Part shown: positions 1 through 7,100 of the stretch, in pieces
How positions within the stretch are numbered: position 1 is the first letter of the stretch
Layout of the letters: each line of letters opens with the position of its first letter
NCBI RefSeq assembly: GCF_004102945.1
Contig: NZ_CP019384.1
Location: 150,001-182,000, forward strand
DNA length: 32,000 bases
Direction: 5' to 3'
DNA from: Candidatus Velamenicoccus archaeovorus
GTDB lineage: Bacteria > Omnitrophota > Gorgyraeia > Velamenicoccales > Velamenicoccaceae
Made by a program: the position numbers and the translations under genes
Notes under the pieces: generated by a model
What the model was told of the DNA's origin: nothing
What the model saw: the letters and a program-made list of their open reading frames with translations, nothing else
The model's database searches: none

Positions 1-187
1 GGATTACGTCATCGATCATCATCCGCAGCAGCTCAGGGAACGCTGGTGGCAGGGGGTTTAGGGACAGTCAGGCAGGTTTTTAGGGGATTTCCGGATAGAT
101 TTTAGAAGCGCACGAGAAGAGGCTTTTGTTTTCCCGCCGTGATATTTTTTACCCTTTTTCCGCACGCTAAATTTGCATAAGTATTTC

Positions 188-215
188 TTGACTTTTACCT
201 TGCTTATGATAAACT
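188..215 (+). promoter_or_regulatory. candidate sigma70-type promoter upstream of type-1 leader copy A
   Basis: TTGACT (188-193), 16 nt, TAAACT (210-215), with TG at 207-208 (extended -10). The block tttcTTGaC..TTATGATA recurs at 17983-18011. A second TATAAT at 235-240 lies closer to the leader, so the real start site is ambiguous. Confidence 0.4.
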
Positions 216-249
216 TTTTAAACATATTTTTATCTATAATTATCAATAG

Positions 250-635
250 GTTAGGTGAAGGCATAACTTACAGAGCAAAGCGATGTAAGTTATCGGCCTG
301 AACCTGACTCCGCACCAACTTTTCCCATAAGCTTGGCTTTTAAGAGAAGGAATGGAATTGCAGACAGGCGTTTGTCATTAAGACAACCTCTTTAGAAAAG
401 TTGATGCGGGGTTTAATTCCTGTCTGGCGGCAGGCAGGCGCGACGGCCGAGCGCAAAAGCTCCAGCCCAGCAAGGGCGGAGTTTCCTCTTCCGATGAAGG
501 AAAGCTCCAGCCCAGCAAGGGCGGAGTTTCCTCTTCCGATGAAGGAAAGCTCCGGCCTACACTTTATGTCGCCTGTCATAAGGCGACGGTTCCATAAAGT
601 GTCTACTCATTAAAAAAGGAGAAGAGACAAAGCAC
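250..635 (+). promoter_or_regulatory. structured 5' leader RNA, type-1, copy A (upstream of GH94 gene)
   Basis: P1 250-256/302-308. Internal loop GAA(257-259)/UGA(299-301), read as tandem sheared G.A. P1b 260-271/285-298 with a 2-nt bulge (294-295). P2 310-323/396-409 (one C.A mismatch). Unpaired GGGUUUAAUUCC 409-420. P3 559-568/593-602 with a nested hairpin 569-574/581-586. CUCAUU 606-611, SD AAGGAG 616-621. The same architecture occurs at 18135-18290 with compensatory substitutions. Confidence 0.55.
456..555. repeat. 45-bp tandem repeat, about 2.2 copies, each unit a hairpin
   Basis: Unit aaagctccagcccagcaagggcggagtttcctcttccgatgaagg at 456-500 and 501-545 (identical), with a partial third copy at 546-555. 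Within a unit, GGAAAGCUCC pairs with GGAGUUUCC and GCCC with GGGC. Confidence 0.9.
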
Positions 636-3071
636 ATGAAGTACGGACATTTTTCATCTGACGGGCTCGAATTCATTATTTCTCATCCCGTAACACCCAC
701 CCCTTGGATCAATTATCTGACGAACGACAAATATTGCGCGATCATCTCCCAGTGCGCCGGCGGATACAGCTTCTACCGCGACTGCCGCACAGACCGGATC
801 CTGCGGTGGGCCCCGGACTACAAGAATTTCGACAGGCCCGGCCGCTACATTTACGCCCGGGAAGAGCGCGCCGGCAGCAAAAGATCCAAAGTTTGGTCTT
901 TGACATATCAACCGATCAGGGTTGAGCCGGATACCTACGAATGCCGTCACGGCCTCGGCTATACGACGATCGCGCAAAAATACAACGGCGTTGCGTCGCG
1001 GATCACCTATTTTGTCCCTGTCGACGACGATTGCGAACTTTGGCTCGTCTCTTTGACGAACGAGACGAACAAAGAGAAGAAGCTGGAGCTCTATCCTTAT
1101 GTCGAATGGCTCGTCGGCGACTATCACGAAGAGCTGCGTTACCGCAACATCATGAATCTTTATAACCGGATGTGGTTCGACGAGAGCCACAAATTGATCT
1201 TCGGATGGAAGACCGCCTTCTGGCAGGGGATGAATATCAAAGAATTCAAGAATTTCAGCTTTTTCGCCTCCAGCCTTGACGTCAAGGGATATGCCACGAG
1301 GAAGACGGAATTCCTGGGACGTTACAACACCGAGGAGAAGCCCGAGGCCATCCTGGGAGGCAAGTTCAGGAATACGGCCTTATGTTCCGGCGAGGACGGG
1401 ATCGCCTGTTTCAAGCACACCGTGAAGCTCGCGCCCCGGCAGACAAAGGAATTTGTGGTGATCCTGGGCGAGACGGAAGGGCAGTCGAGCGCCATCAGGC
1501 TCGTTGAAAAATACAGGGACCTGGCGCAGGTCAAGAAGGCGCTTGAAAGCACGCGGGATCTCTGGAAGAAGCGCATCGCCGGCAATATCCTTGTCAAGAC
1601 ACCGGACAGCGATTTCGACACCATGGTCAACACTTGGGTGAAATACCAGGTGTATATCTGCAATCTCTGGTCGCGTTCCCCGTCGTTTTATCACGAGGGT
1701 TCCGGCGGCCGCGGGTATCGCGATTCAGCCCAGGATTCGGAGGCGATCGTTTCCATCAACCACGAGGTGACGCGCAAGCGCATCCTGCAGATCGCAGCCT
1801 TGATCCGTCGGGATGGGACGTCTGCGCCCGGCTGGTCTGACACGTCGGGCCCCAATCAGCACCGTCCGAACAAGGATCATCAGGTCTGGCTGACGGCGAC
1901 CGTACGCGCCTATATCCAGGAAACGGGGGATAAGAGCATTCTTGAGGCCTATGTGCCATATCTCAAGGACAAGTGGGTGGGCGGTTGGGACATCGATCTT
2001 CAGCATAAGGGCGGCACAACGACAGACGGGGAAGGCACGCTCTTTGAGCATCTGGAGAAGAATCTCAATTTTTGTTTCAACGACGTCGGCGAGCGCGGCC
2101 TGCCGAAAATAGGCCACGCGGACTGGAACGACGCGATCGATGCCGCGGGCAAGAGGCACAAGGGCGAGAGCGTCTGGCTGGCCCAGGCGTTGGTGCGCTC
2201 TTTGAAATATTTTGTCGAACTCTGCGAGCTGACGGGCGATGCGGCCAAGGCTGAGGAATTCAGCCGCAAGGCCAAGACCATGACCGACAGGATCAACGAG
2301 GCGGGCTGGGACGGCGAGTGGTATAAGAGGGGGTTCACCGACGACGGGATCGCTTACGGCACGAAAGATTACGACGGCGGCAAGATCTTTTTGAATACGC
2401 AAGCATGGGCCCTTTTGGGCGGCGTGGCCGACGCAGGAAGGTCGGATAAGATCCTCAAGAGCACCGCCAAATACCTTGACGGCAAACACGGCCTGGCGCT
2501 TTTTTACCCGGCTTTCAGCCATTTCAGGCCGGAGCTGGGCCGCATCAGCATGTTCTCCGAGGGAACGAAAGAGAACGCGGCGGTCTTTTGCCACGCGGCG
2601 CATTTCATGATCGTTGGGCTTTGCATGGCGGGCCGCGGCACGTGGGCTTACGAGTCCATGTGCAAGCTGATGCCGAACAAACAAAAAAATTACGATCTTT
2701 ATAAAGCTGAACCGTATGTCTATGCCGAATATCTCGTCGGGCCGGAGAATCCTTACCGTTACGGCGAGGGCCAGTTCACGTGGATCACAGGGACGTCGGG
2801 CTGGGCGTTCATGGCGGCGACCGAATGGATCCTCGGCGTGCGCAGGGATTATGCGGGTCTGCGCATCGACCCCTGCCTGCCGTCGGCCTGGAAGAGATGC
2901 TCCGTCCGCCGCCTGTTCCGCGGGGATGTGTATGAGGTCGAGATCGAAAATCCCAACGGCGTTGAGAAGGGCATAAAAGAAATTTACGTCGACGGCACCA
3001 GGATCGAAGGGACGCTGGTCAAGCCGTTCGGCGACGGCAAAGAACATAGGGTTCGTGTGGTGATGGGATGA
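636..3071 (+). CDS. GH94 glycoside phosphorylase (cellobiose/chitobiose/laminaribiose phosphorylase-like), 811 aa
   Basis: The N-terminus MKYGHFSSDGLEFIISHPVTPTPWINYL.. resembles cellobiose phosphorylase. Collinear motifs: AGGYSFYRD, RHGLGYTTI, GRGYRDSAQD, GHADWNDAID (catalytic Asp region), EPYVYAEY, WITGTSGWAF, LGVRRDYAGLRIDPCLP. The length fits the ~800-aa disaccharide phosphorylases. No signal peptide. Confidence 0.9.
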   Translation: MKYGHFSSDGLEFIISHPVTPTPWINYLTNDKYCAIISQCAGGYSFYRDCRTDRILRWAPDYKNFDRPGRYIYAREERAGSKRSKVWSLTYQPIRVEPDTYECRHGLGYTTIAQKYNGVASRITYFVPVDDDCELWLVSLTNETNKEKKLELYPYVEWLVGDYHEELRYRNIMNLYNRMWFDESHKLIFGWKTAFWQGMNIKEFKNFSFFASSLDVKGYATRKTEFLGRYNTEEKPEAILGGKFRNTALCSGEDGIACFKHTVKLAPRQTKEFVVILGETEGQSSAIRLVEKYRDLAQVKKALESTRDLWKKRIAGNILVKTPDSDFDTMVNTWVKYQVYICNLWSRSPSFYHEGSGGRGYRDSAQDSEAIVSINHEVTRKRILQIAALIRRDGTSAPGWSDTSGPNQHRPNKDHQVWLTATVRAYIQETGDKSILEAYVPYLKDKWVGGWDIDLQHKGGTTTDGEGTLFEHLEKNLNFCFNDVGERGLPKIGHADWNDAIDAAGKRHKGESVWLAQALVRSLKYFVELCELTGDAAKAEEFSRKAKTMTDRINEAGWDGEWYKRGFTDDGIAYGTKDYDGGKIFLNTQAWALLGGVADAGRSDKILKSTAKYLDGKHGLALFYPAFSHFRPELGRISMFSEGTKENAAVFCHAAHFMIVGLCMAGRGTWAYESMCKLMPNKQKNYDLYKAEPYVYAEYLVGPENPYRYGEGQFTWITGTSGWAFMAATEWILGVRRDYAGLRIDPCLPSAWKRCSVRRLFRGDVYEVEIENPNGVEKGIKEIYVDGTRIEGTLVKPFGDGKEHRVRVVMG

Positions 3072-3090
3072 TTTTAAAAATGACAGAAAG

Positions 3091-3140
3091 ATAACAGAGA
3101 ACACCTGCCTGCCGGCAGGCAGGGAGTACAGAGAACAGAG
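3091..3140. repeat. CAGAGAAC word repeats flanking a 20-nt perfect GC palindrome
   Basis: ataaCAGAGAACac (3091-3104), the palindrome cctgcctgccggcaggcagg (3104-3123), then ggagtaCAGAGAACAGAG (3123-3140). The reverse-complement words (GTTCTCTG) recur at 3249-3290 inside the next gene. Confidence 0.8.
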
Positions 3141-3151
3141 ATGGAGGAAAG

Positions 3152-4549
3152 ATGATGGAGAGACAAAAAAATCAGAAATGTTCAGGCGTCCATTCTTGGT
3201 TTTCAATGCCCCCTTCTTTTGACTTTTCCGTCCTTCGGTCTTTCGGCCTCTCTGTTTTTCTGTTTTCCGTTCTCTGTTTTTTGTTCTCTGGACTAAGCGG
3301 CTGCGGCACCCAGGGCGCCCAGACGCCCCAGGCCGCCGGCAAAAAGATCGTCGTCTGGCACTGGATGACGGACCGCGAAGAGGCCTTCCAGGAACTGGCC
3401 AAAAGATATGAGGCCAAGACCGGTATCAAGGTCGTCTTCGAGTTGTACGCCCCTTCCGATGCCTATTCGCAGAAGGTCCGGGCCGCCGCGCAGGCGCGCG
3501 CGCTGCCGGACATCTTCGGCCTTCTCGGCGAAAAGCGGGATTTTGCGGCATTCATCAAAGCCGGCCATGTGGCCAACCTGACAGGCGCGATGGACGAGCA
3601 GGGGGGAGCCTGGAAGAACCTCTTGTATGAAAAGGCCCTGGCGGTCAACGAATTCAGGGCGGACAATCCTTATGGCGTCGAGGCGGGCATCTACGGCGTG
3701 CCGATAGACGTCATGGATATTCAGATGGTCTACAATAAAAAGCTTTTCCAGAAGGCGGGACTGGACCCGGCGCGCCCGCCGAAGGATTGGGCGGAATTTG
3801 TCGCCGATTGCCAGAAGCTGAAGGATGCCGGCATCCAGGGGCTTGTCAGCGGCTGGGGCGAGATCTGGATGATCGATTGTCTGGCATCGAACTTTGCTTT
3901 CAATATCATGGGGCCGGACAAGGTTTTTGCCACTATCCGCGGCGAGGTCCCTTACACGGATCCCGACTGGGTCAAGGTGTTCGGTCTTTTTAAGGAAATG
4001 GCCGACCGCGGCATGCTGGCGTCGGGTATCGTGACCATGGTGAACAAGACAGCCGAGCAGAATTTCGCTAATGAGCGTTCGGCATTTGCCTTTAACGGCT
4101 CCTGGTGCGTCAATGTCTATCACGGCATGAATCCGTCTTTGGATTACGGCGTGATGCTTCCGCCGAAGGTCAATCCTAAAAACCCCATGTATATCTGGGG
4201 TGGGGCCGGCTCTTCGCTTCTGGTCAACGACCGCTCGGCGGTGAAGGAGGAGGCCATCGCATTCCTGAAATGGCTGACAGCGACCGAGCAGCAGGCATAT
4301 CTCTCGGAGACGACCCGCAACCTGCCTTCCAACAGGAAGGTGTCCGGGTCGATCTCGGAGATCCTGGCGGACTTTTCCAAAGGGATGGATAATGTGACGC
4401 ACCCGAACATCTGGCCGGTGAACGAGCTTCCCAAGGTCATCGAGCGTTTCGACAAGGGCATCCAGTCGATCATCATCGGGGAGAAGACGCCGGAAGGCCT
4501 GGCCGAGGAACTGGCCAAGCTCAAGGCCGAAGAAATGGCGAAACAGTAA
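3152..4549 (+). CDS. ABC transporter sugar-binding lipoprotein (family 1 extracellular solute-binding protein)
   Basis: SD GGAGGA at 3143-3148. Signal peptide ending in the lipobox L-S-G-C (..FLFSGLSGCGTQ). The mature part (KIVVWHWMTDREEAFQELAKRYEAKTGIKVVFE.., PDIFGLLG, GVPIDVMDIQMVYNKKLF, WGGAGSSLLV) is typical of CUT1 sugar SBPs. An alternative start at 3206 is possible. Confidence 0.85.
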   Translation: MMERQKNQKCSGVHSWFSMPPSFDFSVLRSFGLSVFLFSVLCFLFSGLSGCGTQGAQTPQAAGKKIVVWHWMTDREEAFQELAKRYEAKTGIKVVFELYAPSDAYSQKVRAAAQARALPDIFGLLGEKRDFAAFIKAGHVANLTGAMDEQGGAWKNLLYEKALAVNEFRADNPYGVEAGIYGVPIDVMDIQMVYNKKLFQKAGLDPARPPKDWAEFVADCQKLKDAGIQGLVSGWGEIWMIDCLASNFAFNIMGPDKVFATIRGEVPYTDPDWVKVFGLFKEMADRGMLASGIVTMVNKTAEQNFANERSAFAFNGSWCVNVYHGMNPSLDYGVMLPPKVNPKNPMYIWGGAGSSLLVNDRSAVKEEAIAFLKWLTATEQQAYLSETTRNLPSNRKVSGSISEILADFSKGMDNVTHPNIWPVNELPKVIERFDKGIQSIIIGEKTPEGLAEELAKLKAEEMAKQ

Positions 4550-4566
4550 AAGCAGTATCAAAGAGC

Positions 4567-4680
4567 CAGAGTATCAGAGCGTCAAAGAGAAAGACAAGGG
4601 GACAGATGGAAAAGAGGGGATAAAAAACTGATTATTTCCGAAAAGTCTAAAAAACAGGATGTCTTTACTCTGATACGGTG
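4567..4680. repeat. spacer inverted repeat (GTATCAGAG words)
   Basis: GTATCAGAG (4571-4579) pairs with CTCTGATAC (4668-4676), and AAAGAC (4590-4595) with GTCTTT (4661-4666). There is also a direct word repeat agtatcaaag/agtatcagag at 4553-4579. Confidence 0.6.
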
Positions 4681-4707
4681 ACACTATGATGCTATGACAC
4701 TTATCTT

Positions 4708-5772
4708 ATGATTGCTGACAAGATCAAACAATTCTACAACCTGTTGCACAATGCGACGCCTAAGCAGAAGGTGATCGGCACCGTCTTGCTTCTGGCGGCC
4801 CTGGAAACGTTCTTTTTGCTTTTTCACGATTCTGCCGTCTTCTGGGTCCTGGCTTACGGTTCTGTAACGCTGGCCCTTCTTTTCCTGGTCCTGGCCAATC
4901 TTATCAAGAAGAGCCTGTCGGCGTTCTTCTTCGTCGTGCCGGCCCTGTTGATCTTCTCGATCTTTTATATCTATCCTTTTTTCAAAGTCCTTCAGCTGTC
5001 GCATCACGCATGGGACGGTATCTCGCCCAAGATGACCTTTGTGGGTTTGTCCAATTTCTTCGAGATCATGAAGGACAGGATCTGGTGGGTATCCATGGGC
5101 AATGCCGGCTACATCACGCTGATCGCCCTCACGTTCCAGAATGCGCTGGCCCTGGCCTTGGCGTTGGCTTGTGACCGTCAGATCAGGGCAAAGAATTTCT
5201 ATCGCGTGATCTTTTTCATCCCGCCGGTCCTCTCTGAGGTCGTTGTAGGTCTCATCTGGCGCTGGATCTACGACGGCGATTACGGTTTCCTGAACTATAC
5301 GCTTGGCCTTTTGGGGCTGCAACATCTGGCGCATAACTGGTTGTCAGATCCTAACACGGCCCTGACGTGCGTCGCCATCATCCACAGCTGGAAGGGTTTC
5401 GGCTGGGGGTTCATGATCCTTTTGGCCGGCCTGCAGACGATCCCGAAGGAATTGTACGAGGCGGCCAGGGTTGACGGCGCCAATGTCTGGCAAAGCTTTA
5501 AGAATGTGACGATCCCGCTCATGATCCCCGTCTTCGTCCTGGTCATGATCCTGACCATCCTGGGGTCCATGCAGGCCTTTGTCTTGATCTTGTCGATGAC
5601 CGGCGGAGGTCCCGGTTATCATACGGAAGTGCCGGTGACGAGGATCCTGGCGTCCATGCAGGGGTCTTCGATGTTCGGCTACGCCTGCGCCCAAGGGCTG
5701 ACGTTCGGCGTGATCCTGATGATGGTTTCTTTCGCGCAGATGGGGATATCGCGGAAATTGAAACAGGCATAG
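4708..5772 (+). CDS. ABC sugar permease (MalF/UgpA-like, CUT1)
   Basis: Polytopic membrane protein with the EAA loop EAARVDGANVWQSFKNVTIPLMIP and the typical IFFIPPVLSEVVVGLIWRWIY. It has an N-terminal extension of about 60 aa with extra hydrophobic segments. No clear SD, so the start is uncertain. Confidence 0.85.
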   Translation: MIADKIKQFYNLLHNATPKQKVIGTVLLLAALETFFLLFHDSAVFWVLAYGSVTLALLFLVLANLIKKSLSAFFFVVPALLIFSIFYIYPFFKVLQLSHHAWDGISPKMTFVGLSNFFEIMKDRIWWVSMGNAGYITLIALTFQNALALALALACDRQIRAKNFYRVIFFIPPVLSEVVVGLIWRWIYDGDYGFLNYTLGLLGLQHLAHNWLSDPNTALTCVAIIHSWKGFGWGFMILLAGLQTIPKELYEAARVDGANVWQSFKNVTIPLMIPVFVLVMILTILGSMQAFVLILSMTGGGPGYHTEVPVTRILASMQGSSMFGYACAQGLTFGVILMMVSFAQMGISRKLKQA

Positions 5773-5775
5773 GCA

Positions 5776-6110
5776 TAAATAACCAAACACCAAGATACAA
5801 TGACCAAATAATTATCAATAAATCAATAACCAAACAAAAAATCACGATTGAATAACGATGAACGGGGAATTTGATTTTTAGAGAGGCGAACAACAGATTT
5901 TGCCAAAACGGTCATAAGAATATACAGAGATTTGTCGAGAGGTCCAATCAACGATAGGATCGCAGGACAACAACTGTTTAAAGAAGCAGGAGAATTAAAA
6001 AGTATTTTATCGGCCGTTATTTCTAGGTCTGAGTAACGCTTGATGATTGGTTATTGAATATTGGAATTTGTTTGGTGCTTGTTTCTTGGTCATTGGTGAT
6101 TTTTTCATAC
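5776..6110. repeat. AT-rich spacer bounded by imperfect ~70-nt inverted repeats
   Basis: The left arm 5776-5845 has the words ataaccaaaca, caatgaccaa, tcaataacca, aaaaaatcac. The right arm 6040-6106 has their reverse complements (tggttattga, ttggtcattg, gtgatttttt). No ORF of meaningful length lies inside. The spacer is markedly more AT-rich than the flanking coding DNA. Confidence 0.55.
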
Positions 6111-6120
6111 GGGGTTTGGC

Positions 6121-7062
6121 ATGAGACTTAACAAATACACGGCTGCGCAGCACGCATCGGGGTTCTTCATTAATATTTTCCTCATTATCGTCTCCGTGAC
6201 ATGCGTATTCCCGCTTTTGTGGATGTTCGGTTCTTCTCTCAAGACCCAGAGCACGATCTTTTCCGATATGAGCGTCATTCCGGCCTCCATGCATTGGGAG
6301 AATTTTTACCTGGCCTGGACCAAGGGCGGCTTCGGCGTTTATTTCCTGAACAGCCTTTTTTATACCACCATCGTTGTTTTCGGTATCGTCATGGTCTCGT
6401 CCCTGGCGGCCTACGCGTTCTCGCGCATGAACTTCCCCGGCAAGAACCTTTTGTTCTTCATGTTCCTGGCGGCCATGATGATCCCCTTGCCCGGCAGTTT
6501 CGTCCCGCTCTATGTCCTGGTCAACAATGTCCGCAATGTCCTTTTGAACGCGATGGCCGCCTCGACACCGTTTTTGCTCAAGGTCTTTCCGCAGAGCGTG
6601 GTGATCGGGCTCACTTCTTTTATCGAGGACCAGTTTTATCCGCGCACGGCCTACATCCTCTGCATGATCAACGTAGGGCTTTCTTTCAGCATCTACATGC
6701 TCAAGACGTTTTTCGACAGGATGCCCAAGGAATTGGAGGACGCCGCGCGCATCGACGGATGCTCGCGCCTCGGGATATGGCGCCATGTGGCCCTGCCTTT
6801 GGCCAAACCCGCCATCGCTGTCATCATCATTTATAACGCCCTCAACGTCTGGAACGAATACATTCTGGCGAACCTGATTTTGTCGTCGAAGAACCTGATG
6901 CCCCTGCAGAGGGGTCTCATGGTCTTCCAAGGCGAGCACATCACGCAATACCCGTTGCTCATGGCCGGCATGACCATCACCGTTGTGCCCATCCTTATCA
7001 TTTATCTGGTCATGCAGCGGTTCATCATCAAAGGGATCACGGCCGGCGCGGTGGTCGGTTAA
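6121..7062 (+). CDS. ABC sugar permease (MalG/UgpE-like, CUT1)
   Basis: Polytopic membrane protein with the EAA loop EDAARIDGCSRLGIWRHVALPLAKPA and the N-terminal pattern FPLLWMFGSSLK typical of MalG-type permeases. Confidence 0.85.
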   Translation: MRLNKYTAAQHASGFFINIFLIIVSVTCVFPLLWMFGSSLKTQSTIFSDMSVIPASMHWENFYLAWTKGGFGVYFLNSLFYTTIVVFGIVMVSSLAAYAFSRMNFPGKNLLFFMFLAAMMIPLPGSFVPLYVLVNNVRNVLLNAMAASTPFLLKVFPQSVVIGLTSFIEDQFYPRTAYILCMINVGLSFSIYMLKTFFDRMPKELEDAARIDGCSRLGIWRHVALPLAKPAIAVIIIYNALNVWNEYILANLILSSKNLMPLQRGLMVFQGEHITQYPLLMAGMTITVVPILIIYLVMQRFIIKGITAGAVVG

Positions 7063-7100
7063 TCGCCGACAGCAAAGAGACGTAGAAGGATAAACGAGAA

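Noticed and set aside
1-61. A possible 3' end of an upstream + strand gene (frame 2: ..DYVIDHHPQQLRERWWQGV*).
   Set aside because: Only 19 codons are visible and frames 1 and 3 are also open for 26-34 codons, so neither frame nor function can be assigned. It is left unannotated.
58-264. A 68-aa basic ORF on the minus strand.
   Set aside because: It overlaps the AT-rich promoter region. Its composition is driven by A/T runs (Lys/Ile/Phe), it has no SD and it shows no recognisable motif.
456-555. Possible CRISPR array.
   Set aside because: The units are directly abutting identical 45-mers with no unique spacers. There are only 2.2 copies and no cas genes in the window.
340-613. ORFs 340-579 (-) and 401-613 (+), which encode repeated peptides (..SSSPARAEFPLPMKE.. 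x2).
   Set aside because: The repetition is simply the 45-bp DNA repeat, which is divisible by 3, read in frame. There is no SD. The region is better explained as part of the structured leader.
3104-3123. An intrinsic terminator after the GH94 gene.
   Set aside because: The palindrome is perfect but no U-tract follows, and the SBP gene starts 29 nt later with its own SD. It is more likely a stabiliser or processing hairpin.
1725-3206. Very long minus-strand ORFs: 1725-3206 and likewise 3293-4561, 6007-7113, 7392-9092, 9791-11089, 18253-19344, 20761-21816, 23804-24796, 25327-26466 and 30853-31656.
   Set aside because: Each lies antisense to a + strand gene with clear family motifs. Their translations are Arg/Asp/His/Gly/Pro-rich with no recognisable domains. 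This is the expected stop-codon-poor mirror frame of GC3-biased genes.
5773-6120. An autonomous mobile element (IS or transposon) between the permease genes.
   Set aside because: It has no transposase ORF, and I could not identify clear target-site duplications. At most it is a non-autonomous MITE-like element, so it is reported as a repeat.
6201-6836. A 211-aa + strand ORF in an alternative frame inside the second permease gene.
   Set aside because: The permease frame has the EAA loop and TM pattern. The alternative frame is Arg/His/Pro-rich with no features.
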